Source of the DNA: Acidobacteriota bacterium
GTDB lineage: Bacteria; Acidobacteriota; UBA890; WLXD01
Assembly (NCBI GenBank): GCA_965248695.1
Contig: CBDFKD010000002.1
Span: 5,013,201-5,077,200, forward strand
DNA length: 64,000 bases
Direction of reading: 5' to 3'
Part shown: one piece after another, positions 9,397-18,377 of the stretch
Numbering within the stretch: position 1 is the first letter of the stretch
Layout of the letters: every line of letters begins with the position of its first letter
The notes under the pieces: model-generated
Seen by the model: the letters and a program-made list of their open reading frames with translations, nothing else
Told to the model about the DNA's origin: nothing
Databases searched by the model: none
Program-made: the position numbers and the translations under genes

Positions 9397-10467
9397 CTAG
9401 AAGATTACGGAGCCTTGGCCACGCTCGTCGATCATCTTCTGGATATGCGCTACGAGCAGCTCTCGTCGTTCCAGGAGCGCGCCCATCTGTTCCGAAACGA
9501 GGTAAGCGTCGATCGCCGCGCGGATCTGGTCGTCGGTCACCTGCTGTAGCAGCTCCCACATGCGCGGACTGCACCAGACGATCTCATCGCCGTAGCGCAG
9601 GTCCTTGTGCACCTGGAATGCGCGTGAGTGATCGATCATCCAAAGTGCCCATTCAGTGTCGATAAGGTAGTTGCCGCGGTTCCGGTCGTCGTTGAAGATC
9701 AAGCTGTCGAATATGCGCATCGCCTGGATCTGGCGCTGCCAGTCGGCCGTCACGGGTGGAGGTCCCGCCGCTCCTTGGCCGGCCTCGCCGAGCGTGCGCT
9801 CTATCCAGAGCTGCACGCTTCCATCGATGCCGTTGACCCTGCGGCACACGGTGGGCGGTACGTTGTCGAGCTCGAACAAGCGCGCCATCTGATAGGCGGC
9901 GCACTGGCCCTTGTAGCTATCGTAGTAGCGGCTGAAGCTGCGGCCGTTCATGCGGCGGGCCCGCGAGACTCTGTCGATCTCGTGAAACGCGCCGTGCGCT
10001 CGAACACCGTCACGCTCGAGTACCAGGCGCTTGATCCCAGTGACGCCGATACCGACGTTCTCCGATGACACGACAAGGGCCGTACGCAGGAACTCCGTCG
10101 CCTCGTCGTAGGTCCGAAAGGGTAGCGGCGTACCATTCGGCCCCGGCCACGGGCGGGCAATCTCTGCATCGTCCTGAGATCGATGCACCCAGGCGAGCGT
10201 GCTCGTAGTGAGCGCCGGCGATAGCACCAGAGCCACGGCGGTGGCCGCGAGCAGAACACTCCGGGCCGCCTTCACGCGGCGCGCGGTCGGATGGGTTCTC
10301 TCTTGAGCGCTGATGCCGGGCTCCACGGCGCTATCACAGAGGGGTGGGCGAAGCGCCTGAAGCCTATCGCCAGAGCCGGCGAGATCCAACGGAGACGGCA
10401 GGGTAGACACGACCGGCCTTCGCCGGGGAATACCTGCCCTACTTGTGCTTCTCGCGTCGCTCCCCAT
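9397..10467 (-). CDS. Secreted protein with a PI3/PI4-kinase (type II PI4K-like) catalytic-loop motif
   Basis: Motif IFDSLIFNDDRNRGNYLID resembles the PI4KII loop DYIIRNTDRGNDNWLI. The likely true start is the GTG near 10275, giving the signal-like VKAARSVLLAATAVALVL. The N-terminal extension is uncertain. Confidence 0.4.
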   Translation of the reverse strand: MGSDARSTSRAGIPRRRPVVSTLPSPLDLAGSGDRLQALRPPLCDSAVEPGISAQERTHPTARRVKAARSVLLAATAVALVLSPALTTSTLAWVHRSQDDAEIARPWPGPNGTPLPFRTYDEATEFLRTALVVSSENVGIGVTGIKRLVLERDGVRAHGAFHEIDRVSRARRMNGRSFSRYYDSYKGQCAAYQMARLFELDNVPPTVCRRVNGIDGSVQLWIERTLGEAGQGAAGPPPVTADWQRQIQAMRIFDSLIFNDDRNRGNYLIDTEWALWMIDHSRAFQVHKDLRYGDEIVWCSPRMWELLQQVTDDQIRAAIDAYLVSEQMGALLERRELLVAHIQKMIDERGQGSVIF

Positions 10468-10698
10468 AGCGCGCGCCGCTCAACGAGGCGGAGAGGGTGT
10501 GGTTGCCTTCGTGACACGCATACTCATAGAGGGCCTCGTCGAATCGCGTGAACGGAACCCCGCCTCCCCGCGGGGCCACCTTGGTCCAGTGCCCCTGGAG
10601 ATCCGGGTGGCCGTGCACCGTCCTCGGCAGTTGCCACTCTCCGCGGTCGGGAGCAGCGTTTTGCGCCGCCACGGTCGATCACAGCGTCGCGCCGGAAA

Positions 10699-12255
10699 CT
10701 AGTGAATGAGCAAGAGCTCTTGTTGCGGCGGAGACAAGCGCGCTACTCCACTTGCAGTCGCAATCGCCTGCTCATGGTTCCAGAACACCAAGTACTGGTC
10801 TTCGCCTTCGTCCGCAGGTGACGGCAGATAGAAGAAGTACTCGAGAACGAAGTGGTGGTTGGGCGAGAGCGGTACGTCGAAAACCCAATCCTCGCCATAG
10901 GAGCCCATTCTGGGGCCCAAGCCGGTATCGAACCGCATCTCACGCGCTCCTTTCCCCACCCCGTGAAGGTCGAAGGTAACCCGCGTACTCTCGGGGTCGA
11001 AGTTCTCAGGATAGACGTGAGAACCGCTGTCCCAGCACCCGGCCTCCATATATTGATACTGGCCGAGAATCGGCTTCAGGAAGCACAGGCTCTCGAAGAG
11101 GTTCGGCTGAACCATGGGCAACTGGGGATCTCTGACAATGATGCCGGCGTCGGCAAGCTTCTGCTGGTAGCCCTTCATTATTTCGCGGGGGGTAAGGCCC
11201 GCCCGGACGGTCTCCGACAGGATCTCGGCGATCGTCAGATGTTCCGCCCAGAGCTTCTCGATGTCGGCCGGCGGTGCGCTCTCTCCGTCACGCAACACGT
11301 AGGCGAAGAGTCCCTGGCTCGGTGCTGCAAGAATGTCGCCTCCTTGAACCACGCTGTCTTCCCAGCTTTCGCTCCCTCCCCGTTGCGATGGTTGGGTGCG
11401 CATTCTGCGAAAGATAGTCATGCCCAAATCGCGAGTCTTGGTTGCGCCCGGCACGATGTCGGCCAGAGCGCGCCTCAGGCGTTCGAGCTCTTCCGCGCGC
11501 ATCTTCGTGAGCAGCTCGACTTCGCTCGGCACCGGGCTGATGTTGTAGTCCATGATCAGGTATTCGGACGACACCAGCCTGTCGGCGTACTCCTCACCGA
11601 GCTCCTCAGCTAGCAGGAGGTAGTCCGCGTGCGAAATCCCATCATCTGTTCTGGTGGAGGTCGCCCACGGAGCGAGCTGGTCTCGGTAATTGACCGCGAT
11701 GCGCTCCGGGTCGCGCGCTTCAACGAAGGCTCCGAGGCCCTTGAATCGGTGGTCATACTCCGTCATCGGGCTCGACAAGGGTTCGCCATAGACAACCGGT
11801 TCGCCGACGATGTCGTAGGCTCCGAGCGCTTCCATCGGATCCGAGTAGTCGCTGCGGCTCTTCGCCAGTTCAGTCGACCAGTCCGAAAACACGACACGCT
11901 GTGAAGCTCGCCAGCGACGCCCGATAATCGCCCGCTCGATCCGATCACCACCACGGTCCGTGAAGACGAAGACACCGGAGGTGCTGCCTAGCTCTTCCGC
12001 CCCGAACGGATCGGGGATGGCGGCGCGCATCACATGGACCCACATGTCGATGCCACGGTTCCGCATGATCTTCGGCACGATGAGGTCGAACTTGTCCCGA
12101 CGAATCTGGTTGTTCTCCTCGCCGTAGCGTGAGGAACCTACGGGCTCGTCTTGAGCCACGGCCGCGGCAGCAAACAACGTTGCCAGACCGAATAGCAGCA
12201 ACAGGCTCAGGGCGCTGGCGCAAATCGTCCGGGAACCTGTCGAAGTGCTCTGCAT
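10699..12255 (-). CDS. M24 family metallopeptidase (creatinase/prolidase fold), secreted
   Basis: 518 aa. Signal peptide. Creatinase-N-like region, then a C-terminal M24-like DLHGVGKG ... E segment. Confidence 0.55.
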   Translation of the reverse strand: MQSTSTGSRTICASALSLLLLFGLATLFAAAAVAQDEPVGSSRYGEENNQIRRDKFDLIVPKIMRNRGIDMWVHVMRAAIPDPFGAEELGSTSGVFVFTDRGGDRIERAIIGRRWRASQRVVFSDWSTELAKSRSDYSDPMEALGAYDIVGEPVVYGEPLSSPMTEYDHRFKGLGAFVEARDPERIAVNYRDQLAPWATSTRTDDGISHADYLLLAEELGEEYADRLVSSEYLIMDYNISPVPSEVELLTKMRAEELERLRRALADIVPGATKTRDLGMTIFRRMRTQPSQRGGSESWEDSVVQGGDILAAPSQGLFAYVLRDGESAPPADIEKLWAEHLTIAEILSETVRAGLTPREIMKGYQQKLADAGIIVRDPQLPMVQPNLFESLCFLKPILGQYQYMEAGCWDSGSHVYPENFDPESTRVTFDLHGVGKGAREMRFDTGLGPRMGSYGEDWVFDVPLSPNHHFVLEYFFYLPSPADEGEDQYLVFWNHEQAIATASGVARLSPPQQELLLIH

Positions 12256-12428
12256 GTGCGTCAGACCTGCCTCGGTTGTCGTAGAAGTGCCCGTAGCCTG
12301 CTATGGGTCACTGGTTTCTCGCAAGCGCCGGCGACTTCGTCAGAACAGGCGATAACCAATGGAGAGATCGGCAAGAGTACAAGCGGCATCGGCGAGAGGT
12401 GACCGTCGTAGGCTCAGATCCGCGGGGA

Positions 12429-14357
12429 CTAGCCGTGGCGCATCTGCAAGAGCTCGCCGACGGCGCGGTGAGCCTGATCGATGGCGATCTCGGTCATGGC
12501 CCGTGCGCCGGTGTCGGAGTTGGCGATGGCGATCCGGCCACGAGGATGCCGGGCGGTGACCCAAGGGGCACGCTCGGGCGGCACCTCATCGGGCCTCCAC
12601 GCGATCTGACCCGTCTTCGGATCGAGGCCTTTAGCATAGCCGTGCGGCCAGCGGTTCACCGTGATGGCCTCGATGTCGCGCGCCGGGTCGAAGCCTCCGG
12701 CGGACAGTATCCGGCCGAGCTGGTCCCTGATCTTTCGCTCGAAGGTCGCGAACGTCGTCGCCAGCAGACCATGGCGCGCGGCCTTCCACTGCTCAGCCAC
12801 GGACCGCCCGCGGGCCTCCGGTACGAGGGGAACGCGCCACATGCGCACGACGATGGGCTCCTCGGGCGTACCAGCGTGTCGGTAGTTGCCGATGCTGATG
12901 GGTGGCGGCACATTCACGTTCTCGAAATAACTCCCCGGGCAGCGCACCCTGCTCACACCGAGCCTGGCGAAGGCGGTCCAGTTGCGGATCAGGACGTTGG
13001 TGTAGACAAGGGGCGACTTGAGTGCGTTCGATAGCGCCTGTTTTTGAGTATCCGGCAGCTCCTCGCAGATCAAAGGGATCACGGCGTTGTAACAGGCGAG
13101 CACGCAACGACCGGCGCGAACGCGCCGGGCGTGGCCGTCGCGGACGTAGGTGACCTCGACCTCCTTGGCGGTTCGCCGATCGCCACGGTGAGCTACCCGC
13201 ACCGCTGTGCTCTCCAGACGCACGCGGACAGCCGAGCCTTCCCGATCGAGCTTGCCGTAGTCGAACGGAGCGTCGACGATGTCCTCCATCGTGCTGCCGG
13301 GAGCGACCTCTGGGATCAGCGACCGGACGATCAGACGCGCGATCGACGCGTTGCCATCCGGAAACTGGAAGAAAGCACGCTCCTCGCGGTTATCATCGGC
13401 ACCATCATCGTCGTCGCCGAGCCCCAGCCCGGTGGTCCCAGGCCAGCGGCCGGCGCCGAGCCAGGCGGGGACGCCATCGAGGCCGATAGTCCAACCGCCG
13501 GAGGTCTCGAGGAAGGAGATTGCCTCGCGACCTATCTTGGCCACCTTCAAGAGAAAGTCTTCGTAGCTCGTGTTGCGAAGAAACTCGACCTTTTCCTCCA
13601 AGCTGAGGTGTGCCAGGTAATCGATGTTCGGCTCGTGGAGTCTTACAAGGTCATCACGTGCCGTTTCGGACAGGGGCGCGCGCGCCAGGAACTCGCGCCA
13701 AGAGGGCTCGCCTTCGCCTACCAGCAGCCGATCGGTGCCGAACGTTTCGCGGTCGAAGAAAACCGATCTGCGCAGGCCAAGTGAGCTGTACAGATCGCTA
13801 TCGACGAATTCGGAGTAACGGCTTACGTCGATGCCAATCCCGCGGATCAGGCGCTGGGCTCCTTCACCGTACTCGTTCAGGTTGGAGATAAAAATCGTGC
13901 CGCCATGTGACAGGAACATCCGACCGTCGAGCCGGAACTCGTTGCGCTTGGCATGACCGCCGAAGTCGTCGTGGTTGTCGAGAATCAGGATGCGGGCGTC
14001 GGGAACCGCTTCCTGGTAGAACCACGCCGCTGCGAGGCCGCTGAGGCCACCGCCAACCACGACCAGATCGTAGAGCTCACCCGTCTCCTCCGCGTTGTCC
14101 CAGCGCACGCCTTCGACAAGCTGGTGGGCAACCTCGTAGGAGCCGTCGTGGCTGCCGCGCATGCCGGTACGGATGGGTGGGTACGCGTCGGCGAGGGTCT
14201 GTGAGACCCCTCCCGGAGCCTCAGGGCTCGCCAAGGCGTTCGTCTGCGCCCACGGGAACGTGAGACTGCCGCTTAGCGCAACGCTGACACCGGAGACGAA
14301 GTCGCGACGGTTAATCTCCCGGTGCATCCCGAGATCACGATCATCACTGCTGGACAT
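12429..14357 (-). CDS. FAD-dependent oxidoreductase, Tat-exported (paralogue 1)
   Basis: GxGxxG motif VVVGGGLSGLAAAWFY. Tat motif INRRDFVSGVSVAL. Roughly 75-80% nt identical to 31003..33003. The start was chosen to match the paralogue (MSSSDDRDLGMH). Confidence 0.7.
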   Translation of the reverse strand: MSSSDDRDLGMHREINRRDFVSGVSVALSGSLTFPWAQTNALASPEAPGGVSQTLADAYPPIRTGMRGSHDGSYEVAHQLVEGVRWDNAEETGELYDLVVVGGGLSGLAAAWFYQEAVPDARILILDNHDDFGGHAKRNEFRLDGRMFLSHGGTIFISNLNEYGEGAQRLIRGIGIDVSRYSEFVDSDLYSSLGLRRSVFFDRETFGTDRLLVGEGEPSWREFLARAPLSETARDDLVRLHEPNIDYLAHLSLEEKVEFLRNTSYEDFLLKVAKIGREAISFLETSGGWTIGLDGVPAWLGAGRWPGTTGLGLGDDDDGADDNREERAFFQFPDGNASIARLIVRSLIPEVAPGSTMEDIVDAPFDYGKLDREGSAVRVRLESTAVRVAHRGDRRTAKEVEVTYVRDGHARRVRAGRCVLACYNAVIPLICEELPDTQKQALSNALKSPLVYTNVLIRNWTAFARLGVSRVRCPGSYFENVNVPPPISIGNYRHAGTPEEPIVVRMWRVPLVPEARGRSVAEQWKAARHGLLATTFATFERKIRDQLGRILSAGGFDPARDIEAITVNRWPHGYAKGLDPKTGQIAWRPDEVPPERAPWVTARHPRGRIAIANSDTGARAMTEIAIDQAHRAVGELLQMRHG

Positions 14358-14589
14358 GGGTCCTCCGGATTCTCTGACGCCGTTGCTGCGCGGACCGTCG
14401 GTTCTCGAGTCCCTAGCGATTCCTCTCGTGTCCAAACTCTACCGTTCCGGAGCCTAACGCCCAGTTGGGCTGAGTGCCACGATCGTAGGAGGTGCGCTCG
14501 TTGGCGGGGGTTCCTTGAGTGGAAGCGGCCATGACGGCAACGTCGTGATCGCGATAGGCTCCGACGCCATGATCGCCATACGAACCGAT

Positions 14590-15348
14590 ATGGACTTCAC
14601 CGACAAGCGAGTTCTAGTAACGGGTAGCAGTCGGGGTATCGGGTTTGCGGTTGCCAGAGCCTTTGTCGACGCCGGCGCCCGCGTCGCCATCAATGGCAGA
14701 ACAACGCACTCCGTGAGCGCCGCCATGGAGAGACTGGACGAGGGTGCGCGCCTGGCCGCAGCGCCCGGCGATATCGGAACCGTTCCGGGCTGCGAGTCGG
14801 TAGTGAGCACTGCGAACGACACCTTCGGCGGCCTCGATGTTCTGGTGAACAGCGCCGGTATCGTGTCGGCCAAACCCATCGAGGACAGCGACGAGGGAAT
14901 GTGGGACGCTCAACTCGACGTGAACCTGAAGGGCACCTTCTTCTGCTGCCGCGCGGCATTGTTCGCACTACGCGAGTCCAGCGGCAACATCGTCAACATG
15001 GCCTCGGATGCCGGGCTGATGGGGTTTGCAGGGGTCGCCGTGTACTGCGCATCGAAAGCAGGGGTCGTCAACATGACCCGCGCCATGGCGTTGGAGGTCG
15101 CGCCAGACGTACGCGTCAACTGTGTCTGTCCGGGCTATGTCGATACCGACATGATCCGCCGAGACAACATCGACAAGAAGGATGATCCGGCCGCAGCCGA
15201 GCAGAGGATGATCGACTACGCGCCGATGAAGCGCATCGCAACGCCCGCCGAGATCAGCCAGGCGGTTCTCTATCTGGCTTCATCCGAAGCGCGTTTCGTC
15301 ACGGGTGCGGCGCTAGCGATTGATGGCGGCGTGACCGCTGGCCGTTGA
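14590..15348 (+). CDS. Short-chain dehydrogenase/reductase (SDR)
   Basis: TGSSRGIG Rossmann motif. YCASK catalytic Tyr-x3-Lys. Confidence 0.8.
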   Translation: MDFTDKRVLVTGSSRGIGFAVARAFVDAGARVAINGRTTHSVSAAMERLDEGARLAAAPGDIGTVPGCESVVSTANDTFGGLDVLVNSAGIVSAKPIEDSDEGMWDAQLDVNLKGTFFCCRAALFALRESSGNIVNMASDAGLMGFAGVAVYCASKAGVVNMTRAMALEVAPDVRVNCVCPGYVDTDMIRRDNIDKKDDPAAAEQRMIDYAPMKRIATPAEISQAVLYLASSEARFVTGAALAIDGGVTAGR

Positions 15349-15378
15349 GCTCCGGTCTGGCTCGCCGAAGAGTGTTTC

Positions 15379-16845
15379 TCAGGAGTACCCGATCAAAACG
15401 GCCACGGCCAATGCGATCGAGCCCACGATCCAGATCTTCACCATGAAGGGCAGGATGAATCGCAGCCAGCGGTCGTACGGGATCGCTGCCATGGCCAGGG
15501 CTCCCACCAGGACAGCCTGGGTGGGAACCAGGATGTTGCTGAACCCGTCGCCGAACTGGAAGGCCAGTACCGACACCTGCCGGCTGACGCCCGCGAGGTC
15601 GGCCAAAGGAGCCATGATCGGCATGGTGACGTAGGCCTGACCGGTTCCCGAGGGGATGAAGAAGTTGGCGATGCTCTGAACGAAGAACATTCCGATGGCG
15701 GAGAAGGCTCCTGGAAGCTCTCTCACGGGAAGGCTGATGCCGTAAACCAAGGTGTCCACGATGCCGCCCTCGTTGAGGATCACCGAGATGCCCCGGGCCA
15801 CGCCGATCAGCAGGGCAACGCTCGTGAAGCTCGCTGCGCCGGCGCCGAACTCCACCGCAGTGCGATCGGGCCTCATGCGGGCGATGATGGCAATGATCAC
15901 GGTGAGCGCGACGAAGACCGCCTGCATCTCGATCAGAAACCACTGCCGCTGGCTCAGCCCGTAGACAAGCACGATCTGCGAGATGGCAACGGCGGCCAGG
16001 ACCAACTTGTGTGTCGGGGTCATCGGGAGATGATCGGCGCCGGCGTCTCCGTCTACGCCACTGGTAGTCGACGCCCCAACGGGCGCGCTCACGTCGGCCA
16101 CCAGGCTCGCCGCTGGATCCCGCTTCACCTTCTTGGCATAGGACCAGACGTGGTGGATGCCGATCGGCAGGAAGACGACCATGAGCACAACGCGGTACCA
16201 AAGCCCCGATGCGGGTTGGAGCCCGGCGATGTCCTGGGCGAGAAGTGTGGTGAAGGGGTTGATGAGGGCAGCGCCGAAGCCGACGCCATACCCGATCATG
16301 ATGATCCCCACGGCCGTGACCCTGTCGTATCCGAGGGCGAGAGCGAGCGTGATGAGGACGGGGACAAAGGGGAAATACTCTTCGCCGAATCCGATGGTGC
16401 TCGAACCGAGGGCGAACAAGGTGGTTCCGCCGGCTACCAACCAGAAGGGTCGATCCCCCCATCGGCGGAGGAGAGCTCCTATGACGGCATCCACCGCCCC
16501 CGTGGCGCGTAGAACGGCGACCGCTCCCCCGATGATGAGGAGCAAGAAGATGATCTGGTGCGCGCCGGTCAGCCCCTTGGGAACGGCGGTCAGGCTGGCC
16601 AGTGGCGACAACGCCGGAGCATCGACGGTGAACTCGAAGCTACCGGGAACGACCTGGAGTCGCCCAGCCGCATTCTCCACTCGTTCGAACGACCCGGCGG
16701 GAAGGACGTAGGAGAGGATCTGGCCCAGGATCACCATCGCGAACAGGATGACCAGCGTGTGTGGGACCTTGAGCTTGCTTTTCGTCACGATGGGTGCCTT
16801 CTGCTCACGACCTCGGCATCGAAGAATAAACAACTCGGCCAGCAA
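15379..16845 (-). CDS. YfcC/AbgT-superfamily membrane transporter
   Basis: Polytopic membrane protein. N-terminus KSKLKVPHTLVILFAMVILGQ...PAGSFE is YfcC-like. The true start may be the GTG near 16788. Confidence 0.5.
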   Translation of the reverse strand: MLAELFILRCRGREQKAPIVTKSKLKVPHTLVILFAMVILGQILSYVLPAGSFERVENAAGRLQVVPGSFEFTVDAPALSPLASLTAVPKGLTGAHQIIFLLLIIGGAVAVLRATGAVDAVIGALLRRWGDRPFWLVAGGTTLFALGSSTIGFGEEYFPFVPVLITLALALGYDRVTAVGIIMIGYGVGFGAALINPFTTLLAQDIAGLQPASGLWYRVVLMVVFLPIGIHHVWSYAKKVKRDPAASLVADVSAPVGASTTSGVDGDAGADHLPMTPTHKLVLAAVAISQIVLVYGLSQRQWFLIEMQAVFVALTVIIAIIARMRPDRTAVEFGAGAASFTSVALLIGVARGISVILNEGGIVDTLVYGISLPVRELPGAFSAIGMFFVQSIANFFIPSGTGQAYVTMPIMAPLADLAGVSRQVSVLAFQFGDGFSNILVPTQAVLVGALAMAAIPYDRWLRFILPFMVKIWIVGSIALAVAVLIGYS

Positions 16846-17009
16846 GCGCGGCTTTTCTCACCCCGATGCAGCGGGCCGAGTACACTGACGCCGCGCTCGA
16901 TGCGGTGAACCGGACGATACCGTCTCGCGAAGCCACCGGAGATCGCGGCACTGTTCGCCCCCGGTCGGGACGCCAGAGTCGCCGCCAACCAAGAAGGGGA
17001 ATCGCTCGC

Positions 17010-17771
17010 ATGAGATTGGACGGCATGGTGGGCCTGATCACCGGTGGCACCGCGGGAATCGGCACCGCCACCGCGGTGCGCTTCGCGCGCGAAGGAGCAT
17101 CGGTGGTACTGACGGGGCGCAACTCGGAGCGCGGCGAGGCGGTGGCGCAGTCGATCGCCGACGCCGGCGGCGAGGCAATGTTCATCCGCTCCGACGTGCG
17201 CCTTGCCGAGGATTGCCGGCAGGCCGTAGAGCAGACGCTGGAGCGCTTTGGCCGCATCGACATCCTGTTCAACAACGCCGGGGTGTTTCATCCGAAGACC
17301 GTTCCGGATTGTACCGAGGAGGAGTGGGACGAGACGATCGACTCCAGCCTGAAAGGGGCCTTTCTGATGTCGAAGTACACCATTCCGTCGATGATCGAGA
17401 ACGGTGGCGGCTCGATCATCCACACCAGCTCCGGCTGGGGCATCCTCGGCGGCGACAAGGCGGCGGCCTACTGTGCGGCGAAGGGAGGCCTGATCGTCAT
17501 GGCCAAGGCGATGGCGATCGACCACGGCCCCGACGGCATTCGCGTCAACTGCGTGTGCCCTGGCGACGTCGATACTCCGATGCTCCCCGACGACGCCGCC
17601 AAGCGTGGCCAGTCGTGGGAGGAGTATCTCGCCGGCTGCTCGGAACGGCCGCTGGGCCGCATCGGCACCGCTGACGAGATAGCGGACGCGGTGGTCTTCC
17701 TCGCTTCCGACCAAGCTTCGTTCGTCACCGGCGAGTCTCTGGTCGTAGACGGCGGTGGCGTCGCCGGCTGA
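17010..17771 (+). CDS. Short-chain dehydrogenase/reductase (SDR)
   Basis: ATG at 17010 with RBS AAGAAGGGGA. ITGGTAGIG motif and YCAAK. Confidence 0.8.
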   Translation: MRLDGMVGLITGGTAGIGTATAVRFAREGASVVLTGRNSERGEAVAQSIADAGGEAMFIRSDVRLAEDCRQAVEQTLERFGRIDILFNNAGVFHPKTVPDCTEEEWDETIDSSLKGAFLMSKYTIPSMIENGGGSIIHTSSGWGILGGDKAAAYCAAKGGLIVMAKAMAIDHGPDGIRVNCVCPGDVDTPMLPDDAAKRGQSWEEYLAGCSERPLGRIGTADEIADAVVFLASDQASFVTGESLVVDGGGVAG

Positions 17772-17791
17772 AGCGCCCCAAGGGCCAAGAT

Positions 17792-18331
17792 TCATCGCAT
17801 CGACCTGGAGCCACCGGTTCGCTCTTCAATCGCGGCCCGCTCTTCCGGCGTAATCGGTCGATCCGGTTCCGATGCAATGCGCTCGTGAAGCGCACGGAAT
17901 TGCTCGACCAATTCCGGACTGTCCATGAAGTAGACGACCTTCAGAGGCTCGTCATTGTCCGGGTTCGCGATGCGGTGAAATGTGCTCTGCGGCACGAGGA
18001 TCACGTCACCAGGTTCAATGGTCTCGGTCTGGTCGCCCAGCGTCGCGGTGCCCCGACCTGACACGACATAGAACAGCTCATCGCCCTGGTCGTGAGCGTG
18101 GAGATTCGTCGTGTAGCCTCGCTGGAATGTTTGTTCAACCAGCATCGGGCTCAACGTTCCGGTCTCCGGCGATGCCTTGACGACAATGCCGTTCAGCAGC
18201 GGTTCACCCTCTCCCGACTTGAGAACGAGTCCCATCGTTCCTCCCTCAGTCCGCGTCGCTGACATCGGATCCATCTCGCGCAGAAGCGACAATAGGCTGG
18301 AGATCGTCTGATCTCCCTGACCGACTATCAC
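17792..18331 (-). CDS. Cupin domain protein
   Basis: Cupin-like motifs G(x)5HxH...E and HRIANP. The real start is probably the internal MGLVLKSGE. Confidence 0.5.
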   Translation of the reverse strand: MIVGQGDQTISSLLSLLREMDPMSATRTEGGTMGLVLKSGEGEPLLNGIVVKASPETGTLSPMLVEQTFQRGYTTNLHAHDQGDELFYVVSGRGTATLGDQTETIEPGDVILVPQSTFHRIANPDNDEPLKVVYFMDSPELVEQFRALHERIASEPDRPITPEERAAIEERTGGSRSMR

Positions 18332-18377
18332 GAATCGGCGAGCACTGGCAGTGTGACGATGATCGCCCGTGCGGCCT

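Noticed and set aside
8486-9574. Long ORFs antisense or out of frame relative to real genes. Examples are 8486..9574, 16785..17795, 31960..32979, 34599..35714, 45836..46999, 55665..56954, 59796..60956 and 15299..16462.
   Set aside because: They have Arg/Pro/Gly-rich, low-complexity translations and always overlap a well-supported gene on the other strand or frame. This is the expected artefact of a ~67% GC sequence.
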